Source: Candidatus Tayloriibacteriota bacterium (GTDB taxonomy: Bacteria; Patescibacteriota; Minisyncoccia; Phycocordibacterales; UBA6065). Taken from it: DNA of 57,596 bases. The translations under genes and the position numbers were made by a program. Shown piece by piece: positions 9,721 to 19,951 of the stretch. The notes under the pieces were generated by a model, which was not told the origin of the DNA, searched no databases, and saw only the letters and a program-made list of their open reading frames with translations. The stretch covers positions 1-57,596 of the forward strand of contig JACRJQ010000002.1 in NCBI GenBank assembly GCA_016215405.1. The letters run 5' to 3'. Within the stretch, counting starts at the first letter, position 1. Each line of letters opens with the position of its first letter.

Positions 9721-11778
9721 ATGAGAACGCTCGCATCGATATTCTGTGTCGCTCTTTTGGCCGGAGCCTTTCCTATGCCGTCCCACGCCGCGACCATACT
9801 CAAACCACCCTCGAACCTAGACCTTGCCGGGTGGTGGACATTCGACGAGGGAACATCGACGACAGCCGGAGATTTTTCGGGACGCGGCAACACAGGAACC
9901 CTCGTCAACTTCGCATCGCCTGCGACGGCGTCTTCTGGGTGGTCGGAGCTCGGCAAGAGGGGCAGGGCGCTCTCGTTCGATGGGATCAATGATTACTTCA
10001 ACATCAATCAGCCGCCGGTGCAGACGAGCCCGAATCTCTTTACGATATCCGGCTGGATCAATCCCGGGAACCAGTATGCTAGATTCATAACCCCGCAGGC
10101 GAACGGAATAGATAACTGGGTGGGATACGACGCCGCCAACCAACGGCTCGAATTCTTCATCACAGAGATCGCTGACGTGAACAACAGAGGGCGCTACTCG
10201 GCCATGGGCTCGGTTCCGCTCAATAGATGGACTCACTTCGCTGTCTCTATAAACGACAAGTCGATCAAGATCTATATAAACGGAAGCCTAGATTCTTCGT
10301 ATACAGAGAGCATAAACGTAGGGGGATGGTCTGGCACATGGGTCATCGGTCAGAGAGGGAACAGCGCTGAGTGGTATCTCGGCAAGCTCGACGATCTCCG
10401 CGTCTACGCGGCAGAGCTCTCCCTCGCGCAGATATCGACTATCTATAAATCGACCGAGATCGTCCGCAACCTCCCGAACAACCTCGGGCTTGTAGGCTAC
10501 TGGCCTATGAACGAAGGGACATCGACCTTCGTCGGCGATTTCTCCGGTAGAGGGGCGCACGCGACCTTCTCCGGCGCGCCCCTATGGTCTGCGGGGAAAA
10601 GAGGCGGCGCTCTCGATTTCGACGGCACGGACGACTATCTCGTCACCCCTTTGTCTCGCAGCGACTATTCGTCGATCACAGTCGCTGCGTGGTTCAAATA
10701 CGAGGGCAGCGTATCGGATAGCTATCGGGCGATAGTAGCCGGACAGAGCGCGAATTTCTTTATAGGCAAGAATACAGGCAACGGCAACATAGGAGTCCAA
10801 GACGGCGCATATAACAGCGCCGTAGCAGTCGGTACGAACGCGTGGGATGGGAATTGGCACCACATCGCATACGCTTTTTCTGGTGGCACGGGAACGGTCT
10901 ATCTCGATGGCGCAAACGTCGGAAGCGGAGCGTTTGCGGGCGGCACGGGCGCCATATGGATAGGGCAGGAGAACGAAGGCGGTGGATATGATTTCAACGG
11001 AAAGATCGACGACGTGCGAGTCTATGGCAGAGCGCTCTCTGCCGAAGAGATAAAGGCTCTCTATGGTTCGAACGAGACCCTCGTGAACGCGCCTCAGGAT
11101 AAAAAGCTTACGGACGGGCTCGTCGGATACTGGACGTTCAACGGAAAGGACCTCGCCGGCACGGTCGCATCAGACGTGAGCGGGAGAGGGAATAGCGGAA
11201 CGCTTACGAACGGGCCCGTGCCTTCTATCGGAAAGGTCGGCCAGTCTCTGCAGTTCGATGGATCGAACGATTATGTCCAAGTGCCCTATTCGGCGGCTCT
11301 CGCCCCTACGAGCGCCGTCTCGTTCGGAACTTGGTTCAAGACGACCAATAAGACCCTTTCCCAAAAGATACTGTCGAAGACCGAATCGGGGGGATATGCG
11401 ATCGTCATAAACGAGGCAGTGGGCAGCTGCAATGGGACGTCTTTAGTGGGATTCGTGGGAGTCCTTGCTCCCGGAATGACGTATTTCGGAGCGTGCTATG
11501 ATCGCTCGAACATAACGGATAACCAATGGCATCACGTGATGACCACGTATGACGGAGAGACGGTCCTTCTCTACCTCGATGGCGCGCAGGTCGCCTCGAA
11601 CGCGACGCCGAGCGGCCCTATCACCTATAGCACGAACAACACGCTCTGTATCGGCACCGAGCCGTCAGCCACATGCGGGGTCACTCAATTCTTCTCTGGG
11701 AACATAGACGAGGCGAGGGTCTATAACAGAGCGCTCTCTGCGGCGGAGGTGAAGCAGCTCTACCTCATGGGCAAATAG
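9721..11778 (+). CDS. Secreted protein with three tandem LamG/concanavalin-A-like domains
   Basis: Signal peptide ending SHA; three L(A/V)G(W/Y)W ... G(K/N)(L/I)D(D/E)xRVY...LS units. Confidence 0.85.
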   Translation: MRTLASIFCVALLAGAFPMPSHAATILKPPSNLDLAGWWTFDEGTSTTAGDFSGRGNTGTLVNFASPATASSGWSELGKRGRALSFDGINDYFNINQPPVQTSPNLFTISGWINPGNQYARFITPQANGIDNWVGYDAANQRLEFFITEIADVNNRGRYSAMGSVPLNRWTHFAVSINDKSIKIYINGSLDSSYTESINVGGWSGTWVIGQRGNSAEWYLGKLDDLRVYAAELSLAQISTIYKSTEIVRNLPNNLGLVGYWPMNEGTSTFVGDFSGRGAHATFSGAPLWSAGKRGGALDFDGTDDYLVTPLSRSDYSSITVAAWFKYEGSVSDSYRAIVAGQSANFFIGKNTGNGNIGVQDGAYNSAVAVGTNAWDGNWHHIAYAFSGGTGTVYLDGANVGSGAFAGGTGAIWIGQENEGGGYDFNGKIDDVRVYGRALSAEEIKALYGSNETLVNAPQDKKLTDGLVGYWTFNGKDLAGTVASDVSGRGNSGTLTNGPVPSIGKVGQSLQFDGSNDYVQVPYSAALAPTSAVSFGTWFKTTNKTLSQKILSKTESGGYAIVINEAVGSCNGTSLVGFVGVLAPGMTYFGACYDRSNITDNQWHHVMTTYDGETVLLYLDGAQVASNATPSGPITYSTNNTLCIGTEPSATCGVTQFFSGNIDEARVYNRALSAAEVKQLYLMGK

Positions 11779-11812
11779 AGGGTGGTATAATAAGGACATA
11801 AATCTTAAAACC

Positions 11813-12853
11813 ATGTTCCAAAAGAAAAAGATCCGCGTAGCGATTAACGGGTTCGGGCGCATCGGCCGCGCTTTCCTTAAGGTCGCGCGGGAAAGGGAAG
11901 AGATAGAGGTCGTCGCCGTGAACGATCTCGGAGACATAAAGAACATGGCGTACCTTCTCAAGTACGATACCGTCTACAGGGCATCGCCTTTCGCCGTCGA
12001 AGCGATCGAAGGGAGCGACCCATATCTCCTCATAGAGGATCAAAAGGTACTCTTCCTCTCGCAGAGGGATCCCCTTCAGCTCCCATGGAAGAAGCTCAAC
12101 ATTGACGTTGTCGTCGAATCGACAGGCCTCTTCGCCGCATTCGAAAAGGCGAAAGTGCACCTCGACGCGGGCGCGAGGAGGGTGGTTATTTCCGCCCCTT
12201 CGAAGGGCGATGGCACGGTCCCAGGCGAGACGGTCCTCATGGGCCTTAACGAGGAAAAGCTCAAGAACTGCCCGATAACTTCTAACGCATCCTGCACGAC
12301 GAACGCGGGCTCGCCCCTTCTCGCTATCCTCGATGAAGCTATCGGCATAGAAAAGGCGGTTCTCAACACCGTGCACGGATATACGGCGAGCCAGGGAATA
12401 GTCGACGGTCCGAACAAGAAAGATTTCCGAGAGGGGAGAGCTGCCGCGATGAATATCGTCCCTTCAACGACTGGCGCTGCGATAGCGACGACCAAGGCTC
12501 TCCCACAGCTCAAAGATAAATTCGACGGCATCTCTATCCGAGTTCCTGTAGTCGCGGGCTCGGTCGTGGATATCACCTTTATCGCGAAAAGGCCGACTAC
12601 GGTCGAAGAGGTCAATATCGCGCTCAAGAAGGCGTCCGGCACGCCTCGGTGGAAGGATATCTTCGCTGTCACCGAAGAGGAGCTCGTCTCGTCCGATATC
12701 CTCGGCTCTAAATACGCTTCGATCGCAGACCTCAAATTCACCCGTGTGGTAGGGGGAAACCTCGTAAAGGTCCTCGGTTGGTACGACAACGAAATGGGGT
12801 ATACCTACACGCTCGTAAACCACGTGATAAAGGCGGGGCAGCTAGGGCTATAA
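11813..12853 (+). CDS. gap: Type I glyceraldehyde-3-phosphate dehydrogenase
   Basis: INGFGRIGR, NASCTTN, WYDNE motifs. Confidence 0.97.
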   Translation: MFQKKKIRVAINGFGRIGRAFLKVAREREEIEVVAVNDLGDIKNMAYLLKYDTVYRASPFAVEAIEGSDPYLLIEDQKVLFLSQRDPLQLPWKKLNIDVVVESTGLFAAFEKAKVHLDAGARRVVISAPSKGDGTVPGETVLMGLNEEKLKNCPITSNASCTTNAGSPLLAILDEAIGIEKAVLNTVHGYTASQGIVDGPNKKDFREGRAAAMNIVPSTTGAAIATTKALPQLKDKFDGISIRVPVVAGSVVDITFIAKRPTTVEEVNIALKKASGTPRWKDIFAVTEEELVSSDILGSKYASIADLKFTRVVGGNLVKVLGWYDNEMGYTYTLVNHVIKAGQLGL

Positions 12854-12860
12854 TCAATCT

Positions 12861-13316
12861 ATGAAAATCTTCATCGCATCTGATCATGCCGGATTCGACC
12901 TCAAAGGGACGCTCGCCGAGCGCCTGGCTGTGGCAGGACACGAGGTCATAGACCTGGGGCCGAAGACATTCGTGCCTGAAGACGACTATCCGGACTATAT
13001 CTCCCTCGTGGCCAAAGAGATCTCGCGCGAGCCTTCTCTCGCCAGAGGTATCGTCATAGGAGGATCGGGACAGGGCGAGGCGATGTGCGCGAATAAGTTC
13101 TACGGAGTGCGCGCGGCGGTCTACTACGGCGGGAATACCGACATCGTGAGGCTCTCACGAGAGCACAACGACGCGAATGTCCTCTCGCTCGGCGCGAGGT
13201 TCATGTCCTCGAACGACGCTATCAATGCCGTGACGTTGTGGCTCAAGACGCCTTTCTCCGGAGACGAGAGGCATAAGAGGCGCCTCCAGAAGCTCTATAA
13301 CATCGCTCACCTCTAA
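12861..13316 (+). CDS. rpiB: Ribose-5-phosphate isomerase B
   Basis: IASDHAG, DDYPD, GGSGQGE, REHNDAN. Confidence 0.95.
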   Translation: MKIFIASDHAGFDLKGTLAERLAVAGHEVIDLGPKTFVPEDDYPDYISLVAKEISREPSLARGIVIGGSGQGEAMCANKFYGVRAAVYYGGNTDIVRLSREHNDANVLSLGARFMSSNDAINAVTLWLKTPFSGDERHKRRLQKLYNIAHL

Positions 13317-14027
13317 ATGGCCGAGATAATCCCAGCGATACTTCCGAAATCCTACGACGAGCTCGTCGAGAAGATCGGCCTTGCCGCCGGCTACGCTCCG
13401 GTCATTCAGATAGACGTCTGCGACGGAGGATACGTGCCGAACCGCACATGGCCTTACCTCAAAGGAACAGCGCCCGAGAGCGATCAGATATTCTCCGCGA
13501 TCGTGAGCCAGGAATCGGCCTTTCCTCACTGGGAAGAGACGGATTTCGAATTCGATCTCATGGTCCGCGGGGCGTTCGAGAAGATCCCGGACTTCATCTC
13601 TGCCGGAGCGTCACGCATCATCGTCCACAAGGGAAGCGTGAGCGACGCGGAGCTTTCGAGCATCCTCAAGGACTACGGCAAGGAGTCCGAGGAGCTCGGT
13701 CCCTTCGGCGTCGCTTTGGGCATCGCTCTCATGCCGGGTGATTCCCCAGAGGCTATAAAGGATATCGTCTCGAGGGTCCATTTCGTCCAGGTCATGGGGA
13801 TAGAGAAAATCGGCTATCAAGGCCAAGCCATGAGCCAGAGGGCTGTAGAGCTCGTCAGGGCTCTCAAGGCGACGTATCCAGGCCTACCGGTGTCGGTCGA
13901 CGGGGGAGTCAATCAGGAGACAGCCCCGCTCCTTATAGAGGCGGGCGCGGACAGGCTCGTTGTGGGTAGTGCACTCTTCGGAGCCGACGATTTTATTGGT
14001 ACACTAGAGGAGTTCAAAGCCCTCTAA
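13317..14027 (+). CDS. rpe: Ribulose-phosphate 3-epimerase
   Basis: IIPAIL, QIDVCDG, VQVMG, SVDGGV, VVGSA. Confidence 0.9.
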   Translation: MAEIIPAILPKSYDELVEKIGLAAGYAPVIQIDVCDGGYVPNRTWPYLKGTAPESDQIFSAIVSQESAFPHWEETDFEFDLMVRGAFEKIPDFISAGASRIIVHKGSVSDAELSSILKDYGKESEELGPFGVALGIALMPGDSPEAIKDIVSRVHFVQVMGIEKIGYQGQAMSQRAVELVRALKATYPGLPVSVDGGVNQETAPLLIEAGADRLVVGSALFGADDFIGTLEEFKAL

Positions 14028-14028
14028 C

Positions 14029-14895
14029 ATGCCTCTTACAGCGCAAAAAGTAAAAGACCTCGAGCTTAAGGCGAACGCCATCCGCGAATCGATCATCGAG
14101 ATGCTCGTCGCGGCCGGTTCGGGCCACACCGCGGGACCCCTCGGCATGGCCGATATATTTACGGCGCTTTTCTTTAATACCCTTCGGCACGACCCGAAAA
14201 AGTCGGAATGGCCTCACCGCGACCGCGTGGTGCTCTCGAACGGCCACATAGCGCCCGTCCTCTACGCCACCATGGCTCACGCCGGATATCTTCCTGTCGA
14301 GGAGCTGAAGTCGCTCCGCAAGTTCGGCTCTCGTTTGCAGGGCCATCCTCACCGTGAGTTTTTGCCAGCCCTCGAGACTTCATCCGGGCCTCTCGGGTCC
14401 GGCCTTTCTCAGGCTGTCGGAATGGCGCTCGCGGACAGGATCGATAACGGCAAATCGACTGAAAAGAGGATCTATTGCCTCATGTCCGACGGAGAGCACA
14501 ACGAGGGAAATACGTGGGAGGCTATCCTTCTCGCGGGCAAGGAGAAGCTCAATAATCTCGTCGCGGTGATCGATCGGAACAATATCCAGATAGACGGATA
14601 CACCGAGGACGTGATGCCCCTCGAGCCTTTCGCGAACAAGTACATCACGTTCAACTGGCACGTGATAGAGATCGACGGCCACGATATGGCCGAGATCGTC
14701 GACGCGTTCGATAGGGCGAAGGCGGTGTTCGAAAAGCCGACGGTCATCATCGCCCATACGATTCCAGGCAAGGGCGTCAAAGACTTCGAGAGGAAATACG
14801 AATGGCACGGCAAGCCGCCGAAAAAGGAGGAGGCAGAAGCCGCTCTCAAGGAGCTTAGGACCCTCGAGGGGAGGATAAGGAGCGAACATGAATAG
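14029..14895 (+). CDS. Transketolase N-terminal (TPP-binding) subunit
   Basis: GSGHTAG, LSNGH, LQGHP, SDGEHNEG, WHGK. Confidence 0.95.
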   Translation: MPLTAQKVKDLELKANAIRESIIEMLVAAGSGHTAGPLGMADIFTALFFNTLRHDPKKSEWPHRDRVVLSNGHIAPVLYATMAHAGYLPVEELKSLRKFGSRLQGHPHREFLPALETSSGPLGSGLSQAVGMALADRIDNGKSTEKRIYCLMSDGEHNEGNTWEAILLAGKEKLNNLVAVIDRNNIQIDGYTEDVMPLEPFANKYITFNWHVIEIDGHDMAEIVDAFDRAKAVFEKPTVIIAHTIPGKGVKDFERKYEWHGKPPKKEEAEAALKELRTLEGRIRSEHE

Positions 14896-15148
14896 CATGG
14901 ATACGCCAAAGAAGAATATAGCGATAGAGATATTCGGCTGGTACGGGGCGATAGGGCTTCTCTCGGCCTACGCGCTCTCGAGCTTCGGGGTGTTCTCGCC
15001 TGAGGGCGTTTGGTATCAGATCCTCAATGTGACGGCCGCCTTGGGCATAGTCTTTGTCTCTTTTTACAAGAAAGCGTATCAGCCCGGGACGCTCAACATC
15101 GTCTGGGCCGCGATCGGGCTCGTCGCGCTAGCTAAAGCACTTCTATGA
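14888..15148 (+). CDS. Small three-helix membrane protein (CBU_0592-like)
   Basis: 86 aa hydrophobic; GWYGA..L.AY, YQILN, LNIVW pattern; overlaps both neighbours. Confidence 0.75.
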   Translation: MNSMDTPKKNIAIEIFGWYGAIGLLSAYALSSFGVFSPEGVWYQILNVTAALGIVFVSFYKKAYQPGTLNIVWAAIGLVALAKALL

Positions 15149-16143
15149 TATCTCCCTCACAAAAGCTCAATCCCAAGATATTCGATAAGGACGTCGAGCA
15201 GGTCCCGGTGCGAAAGGGCTTTGGCGACGGACTTCTCCTCGCTGGCGAGAGGGATGGGAGGGTCGTCGGTCTCTGCGCGGACCTCACCGAGTCGACCCAG
15301 ATGCATCTTTTCAAGGAGCGTTTCCCGAATCGCTTCATCGAGATCGGAGTCGCGGAGCAGAATCTCGTTACCGTAGCGTCGGGCATGGCGGCGATGGGGA
15401 AGGTGCCGTTCTGTTCGTCTTACGCGATGTTCAGTCCTGGCCGCTGTTGGGAGCAGATCCGTACTACGATCGCGTACAACGATCGTCCTGTCATCGTCGT
15501 GGGCTCCCATGCCGGGGTCTCTGTGGGACCTGACGGAGGAACTCATCAGGCCATAGAGGACATCGCTCTCATGCGGGTCATACCGAACATGACGGTAGTA
15601 TCCCCGTGCGATTGCATCGAGGCGAAAAAAGCCACTCTCGCTCTGGCGGAGCTCGGCAAGCCCGCCTATATACGCCTTATACGCGATAAAACGCCCGTTA
15701 TAACGACGGAAGAGTCGCCTTTCGAGCTCGGTAAGTCTCAGGTGCTCTTCTCGCCTATAGCAGGGAAGCCCGACGCTGCCATCATCGCGACCGGCGCTCT
15801 CGTACACAACGCCCTGGTCGCCGCCAAAGAATTGGAAAAGGAAAAGATCGGAGTGACGGTGGTCAATCTCTCGACGATAAAGCCTCTCGACGAATCGGGC
15901 GTCGTTCGCGCCGCAAAGGAGTCGGGGGCAGTGGTGACTGTAGAGGAACACCAGAGGGCGGGCGGCATGGGGTCTGCCGTTGCCGAGCTTCTCGCCCGAA
16001 AGAACCCCGTACCTATGGAATTCCTCGGGGTCGACGATAGGTTCGGGCAGTCGGGTACTCCTGCGGAGCTCGTCGCGCACTACGGCATGGGCGTAAGCGA
16101 CATAAAAGAGGCGGTGAAGAGGGTCATACAGAGAAAAAGATGA
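15145..16143 (+). CDS. Transketolase C-terminal subunit
   Basis: GVAEQN, GPDGGTHQ, TIKPLD, VEEH, FGQSG. Confidence 0.95.
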   Translation: MISPSQKLNPKIFDKDVEQVPVRKGFGDGLLLAGERDGRVVGLCADLTESTQMHLFKERFPNRFIEIGVAEQNLVTVASGMAAMGKVPFCSSYAMFSPGRCWEQIRTTIAYNDRPVIVVGSHAGVSVGPDGGTHQAIEDIALMRVIPNMTVVSPCDCIEAKKATLALAELGKPAYIRLIRDKTPVITTEESPFELGKSQVLFSPIAGKPDAAIIATGALVHNALVAAKELEKEKIGVTVVNLSTIKPLDESGVVRAAKESGAVVTVEEHQRAGGMGSAVAELLARKNPVPMEFLGVDDRFGQSGTPAELVAHYGMGVSDIKEAVKRVIQRKR

Positions 16144-17726
16144 TATCGACGCTCGCCAATAACCTCCCTCTGCTTACGACCGTGATGGCCTACGCGTTCT
16201 TCTTTTTAGTGACCGCGCTCTTCGGCCTGTGGGTATATCTGAAGAGCTCGAGGAAGACCTCGCATGTGATGTTCCTCCTCATGTGCCTCTCCGTCGGCGT
16301 CTATCAGATAATCCATGTGATGGGGGTAACCGTCATCGATTCCTCGGCCTCCACGGACATCCTTCGCACGAGCTATTTCGGCCTCTTCTTCGTGGTCTTC
16401 GGCATCCATTGGATAGCGGCCACCGTCGATCGGGAGAGAGAGCATCGGATGACCGTCATCGTCGCATATGTCGCGGGCGCCGCGCTGGCCGCGTTCTACG
16501 CCCTTTTTCCCGGAGCGTTCCTTGCCGACTCTACGCCCAAGCTCTACTTTCCGAACTATTACTCTGCGGGACCGTATCTCTGGCTCTTGCCCGTCTTCTT
16601 TACCTTAGGCTTTCTCGCCATAATGAGGATGCTTCTGCATTCCTATAGGGTCGCAGAGGTCGCCCACAGGAATAGGATCGCCTACTACATCGCCGCCATG
16701 GTAGTGAGCTATCCGTTAGGCTCCTTGGGCTTCTTTCTCGCGTACGGTATCGAATTCGATCCGATTTGGTCGGCTCTCTGGGGTTTCTTCATCGCCCCTT
16801 TGGCATACGGGATCCTTCGATACGACATCATGGATATAAAGGCGGCTGCGAGGAAGGCCTTGGCCTATACCGCCTTCGTCGCGGGTACCGGGCTTTTCAT
16901 ATTAGGAACCAACGTGGGGGAGAGATTCCTCGCTCATGCCTATCCTGCTATCCCTGGGTGGGCGGTGCCTCTCGGCTCCTCTCTGGCTATCGTGCTCTTC
17001 GCCGGCTTCGTCTGGGAGAGGATGCGGGATATAGAGAGCCTCAAGTACGAGTTCATCAACGTCGTGACTCACAAATTCAGAACGCCCCTTACGCGCATCA
17101 AATGGGCTTCGGAGATCATAAAGAGGCACGCGCAAAAGGACGAGGACCAGAAGATGGCCGTCTCCGAGATAGAGAACGCGAACGAGCACCTCGTCGTGCT
17201 CACCGACATGCTCATCAACCTGCGCCGCGCGAGCGAATCGGCCTTTCAATACGAGTTCGAGTCCCTCGATGTCTGCTCGGTGGTGAGCCAGGCGGTAAAG
17301 AACATGAAAAGGCACATGGACGACAAGAAAATGCATTTCTCGCTCTCTTGCCCCGAGACACCTGCGCTCGCGAGCATCGATAAGCGCAGGATGCTGTTCG
17401 CGCTCCAGATAATCGTGGAGAACGCCATAGCGTATACTCCAGCAGGAGGCGCTATCTCGATAGGGGTCTCGAACGACAGCGCCTCTGCCTACGTCGCGAT
17501 AAAAGATACCGGTATCGGGATAGCCAAAGAGGATATGCCTCGGCTCTTTAGCAAGTTCTGGAGGAGCAAGGAGGCAAAAGCGATCGATACGGAAGGGATG
17601 GGCATCGGGCTTTTCATGGCGAAATCGATAATCGAGAGGCACAACGGGGAAGTCAGCGCGGAGTCTGAAGGGCTCGGAAAGGGAGCAGCGTTCACGGTAA
17701 AGCTCCCTCTCGCTTCGAGGGAATAG
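16140..17726 (+). CDS. Multi-TM sensor histidine kinase (7TM-type N-terminus, HisKA, HATPase)
   Basis: THKFRTPL H-box, ENAIAY N-box, DTGIGI and GMGIGL G-boxes; many TM helices. Confidence 0.92.
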   Translation: MISTLANNLPLLTTVMAYAFFFLVTALFGLWVYLKSSRKTSHVMFLLMCLSVGVYQIIHVMGVTVIDSSASTDILRTSYFGLFFVVFGIHWIAATVDREREHRMTVIVAYVAGAALAAFYALFPGAFLADSTPKLYFPNYYSAGPYLWLLPVFFTLGFLAIMRMLLHSYRVAEVAHRNRIAYYIAAMVVSYPLGSLGFFLAYGIEFDPIWSALWGFFIAPLAYGILRYDIMDIKAAARKALAYTAFVAGTGLFILGTNVGERFLAHAYPAIPGWAVPLGSSLAIVLFAGFVWERMRDIESLKYEFINVVTHKFRTPLTRIKWASEIIKRHAQKDEDQKMAVSEIENANEHLVVLTDMLINLRRASESAFQYEFESLDVCSVVSQAVKNMKRHMDDKKMHFSLSCPETPALASIDKRRMLFALQIIVENAIAYTPAGGAISIGVSNDSASAYVAIKDTGIGIAKEDMPRLFSKFWRSKEAKAIDTEGMGIGLFMAKSIIERHNGEVSAESEGLGKGAAFTVKLPLASRE

Positions 17727-17746
17727 CTTTATATAAAAAAGCGGAT

Positions 17747-17773
17747 AAGGCCGCGCCGTAAGGCGCGGCTTTT
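17747..17773. terminator. Hairpin terminator between convergent kinase and recR
   Basis: AAGGCCGCGCC-GTAA-GGCGCGGCTTTT. Confidence 0.7.
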
Positions 17774-18404
17774 ACATCATCGTCTCCTGTCTGCGTCCGA
17801 GGAGGGCGTTCTTTATCGTCTCAGCGTCCGAATATTCGAGCTCAGTGCCCGTAGAGAGCCCGCGTCCGAGAATCGAAACTTTGAGCTTGTAAGCCCTTAC
17901 GAGAGGGGATATGAATTGCTCGACATATTCGCGGGTGTTCTCGCCTTCGCTATTGAGGGAGAGAGCGAGGATTATCTCTTTGAGCCCCTTTTTCGCGCGC
18001 GCTTCGATCGCAAGGACTAGCTCCTTCGCGCGGATCTTCGTCTCAGGCTCCTTTTCTACCAGAGAGAGCGTGTTGCCGAGGACGAAATAGTAGCCTCTGT
18101 AGACGCGGCTCTTCTCGACGGCGTCGAGGTCGACGTCCTTTGCCACGATCATAAGCGATTCTTGGTCGCGGTTCGGGTCTTTGCAGGTCGAGCAGGCATG
18201 AGCGGCGAGGCCCTTGCTGTCGAAGTAGCGATAGCAGGACGAGCATATGGTCACTCGCGACGCGAGTTCGGAGACCTCTTTCGCGAGAGCCTCGCGAAAA
18301 GCGTCGGACGTTCCCAAGAGGAAGTAGACGAATCGCTTCGCCTGGCGCGGGCCGATGCCAGGAAACTGTTTGAATAGGTCGTGGAGGCGGTTGAGGTGGT
18401 CCAT
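17772..18404 (-). CDS. recR: Recombination mediator RecR
   Basis: FPGIGPRQA HhH, CxxC..CxxC, Toprim EGENT, ELEYSD; start moved to the ATG of MDHL. Confidence 0.93.
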   Translation of the reverse strand: MDHLNRLHDLFKQFPGIGPRQAKRFVYFLLGTSDAFREALAKEVSELASRVTICSSCYRYFDSKGLAAHACSTCKDPNRDQESLMIVAKDVDLDAVEKSRVYRGYYFVLGNTLSLVEKEPETKIRAKELVLAIEARAKKGLKEIILALSLNSEGENTREYVEQFISPLVRAYKLKVSILGRGLSTGTELEYSDAETIKNALLGRRQETMM

Positions 18405-18451
18405 GCCTTCCAATAATAGCAAATTTAGAGAAGCCTACGAAGAGCGTGCGG

Positions 18452-19828
18452 CTAGAACGAGGTCGCCGTAGGCTGGAAGTCGCCGAAATCGGCTTTTGAG
18501 ACTTCGAGGAACGAGGTCTTGTTTCCATCGAAGACGAGCTGGATCTCTCCGGTCGGGCCGTTTCGGTGCTTCTCTATCATGATGGTCGTCTCGCGGCTCC
18601 TCGCCTGGTCGCCGGATTCGTCTTTTTCGCGGTGGATGAACATGACGACGTCCGCGTCCTGTTCGATCGAACCGGAATCTCGAAGGTCGGAGAGGCGAGG
18701 CTTTCCTCCGCGCGACTCAACTGCGCGGTTGAGCTGGGAGAGGGCGAGAACGGGCACGTCGAGGTCTCGGGCGAGGTTCTTGAGGCCTCTCGATATCTCG
18801 GTGACCTGTTGCACGACGCTGTCCGAATTTATCGATTGGACAGGAGTCATGAGCTGGAGATAGTCGACGACGATAAGACCCAGCCCCTTTTCTGCCTTGA
18901 GGCGTCTCGCGATTGCGCGCATCTTGAGGATATTGTTTCCCGGCTGGTCGTCTATGAAGATAGGGGCCTTTGAGAGCACCTCCATGGCGTCTCGCAGGTG
19001 TACCGAGAGGTCTTCGAGATTGAGATTTCGGCCGGTGCGCAGCTTCCACGCGTCGATCTTGGACTGGGCCGCGAGCATCCTCTGTACGAGCTGCTGCGAG
19101 CTCATTTCCAAGGAGAATATGGCGGTAGGGACCTTGTGCGTAACCGCGGCGTTGCGCGCGATATCGAGGGCGAGGGAAGTCTTACCGACGGAAGGGCGGG
19201 CGGCGAGGATGATGAGATCGGATTTCTGGAGCCCCGAGAGCTTTTCGTCGAGAGCCTTGAATCCGGTCGGAACGCCTCGAAGCTCGTCTTTCGACGAGTG
19301 GAGCTTCTCGATCTGGTTCCAGGCCTCGGTGAGGGTATCCTTGAGCTCGACGAATTTGTGGGTTCCGACCGAGTTTGTGACGTCGAAGAGGCGCTTTTCG
19401 GCGGTGTCGATTATCTCCTCGAGCTCGCCGTTCTCCTGGAATCCCGTGTGGGTGATGTGCTCGCCGGCCTCGATGAGCTTCCTCATCATGCTCTTCTTTT
19501 GGACGATAGAGGCGTAGTGGCGGACGTTCGAAGCGGAGGGCACGAGCTGCACGAGCTCCGAGAGGTATGACGCCCCGCCCGCTCTCTCGAGCAAGCTCTC
19601 GTTCTTGAGCTTGTTCGAAAGGGAAAGGAGGTCGATCGGCTCGCCTTTGTTCATGAGGTCGACGGACGTCCTCCAGATGAGTCGGTGCTTCTCGGAATAG
19701 AAATCGTCCTCGCGGATGATGTCGGTTATCTCGTGGATCGCCTCCGGCCTGAGCATGATCGAGCCGAGGAGGGCCTGCTCTGCTTCAAGAGACTGCGGAG
19801 GGATGCGGATGTGGTCGCCTTTTGCCAT
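18452..19828 (-). CDS. dnaB: Replicative DNA helicase
   Basis: AARPSVGKT, FSLEM, VDYLQL, LSDLRDSGSIEQDAD. Confidence 0.98.
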   Translation of the reverse strand: MAKGDHIRIPPQSLEAEQALLGSIMLRPEAIHEITDIIREDDFYSEKHRLIWRTSVDLMNKGEPIDLLSLSNKLKNESLLERAGGASYLSELVQLVPSASNVRHYASIVQKKSMMRKLIEAGEHITHTGFQENGELEEIIDTAEKRLFDVTNSVGTHKFVELKDTLTEAWNQIEKLHSSKDELRGVPTGFKALDEKLSGLQKSDLIILAARPSVGKTSLALDIARNAAVTHKVPTAIFSLEMSSQQLVQRMLAAQSKIDAWKLRTGRNLNLEDLSVHLRDAMEVLSKAPIFIDDQPGNNILKMRAIARRLKAEKGLGLIVVDYLQLMTPVQSINSDSVVQQVTEISRGLKNLARDLDVPVLALSQLNRAVESRGGKPRLSDLRDSGSIEQDADVVMFIHREKDESGDQARSRETTIMIEKHRNGPTGEIQLVFDGNKTSFLEVSKADFGDFQPTATSF

Positions 19829-19951
19829 AGAGACATTCTAGCACTACGGGGCGAGGATAAAGAAAATCTAAAAACGTTCATAAGCTGTGTGCAATTTGGG
19901 GACATCTCCTTTGCCCGATCCATTTTTCTTACTTCTAAGCTCAGACCCCTT

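Noticed and set aside
19830-19950. Replication origin next to dnaB
   Set aside because: No cluster of TTATCCACA boxes; only isolated degenerate matches in the window.
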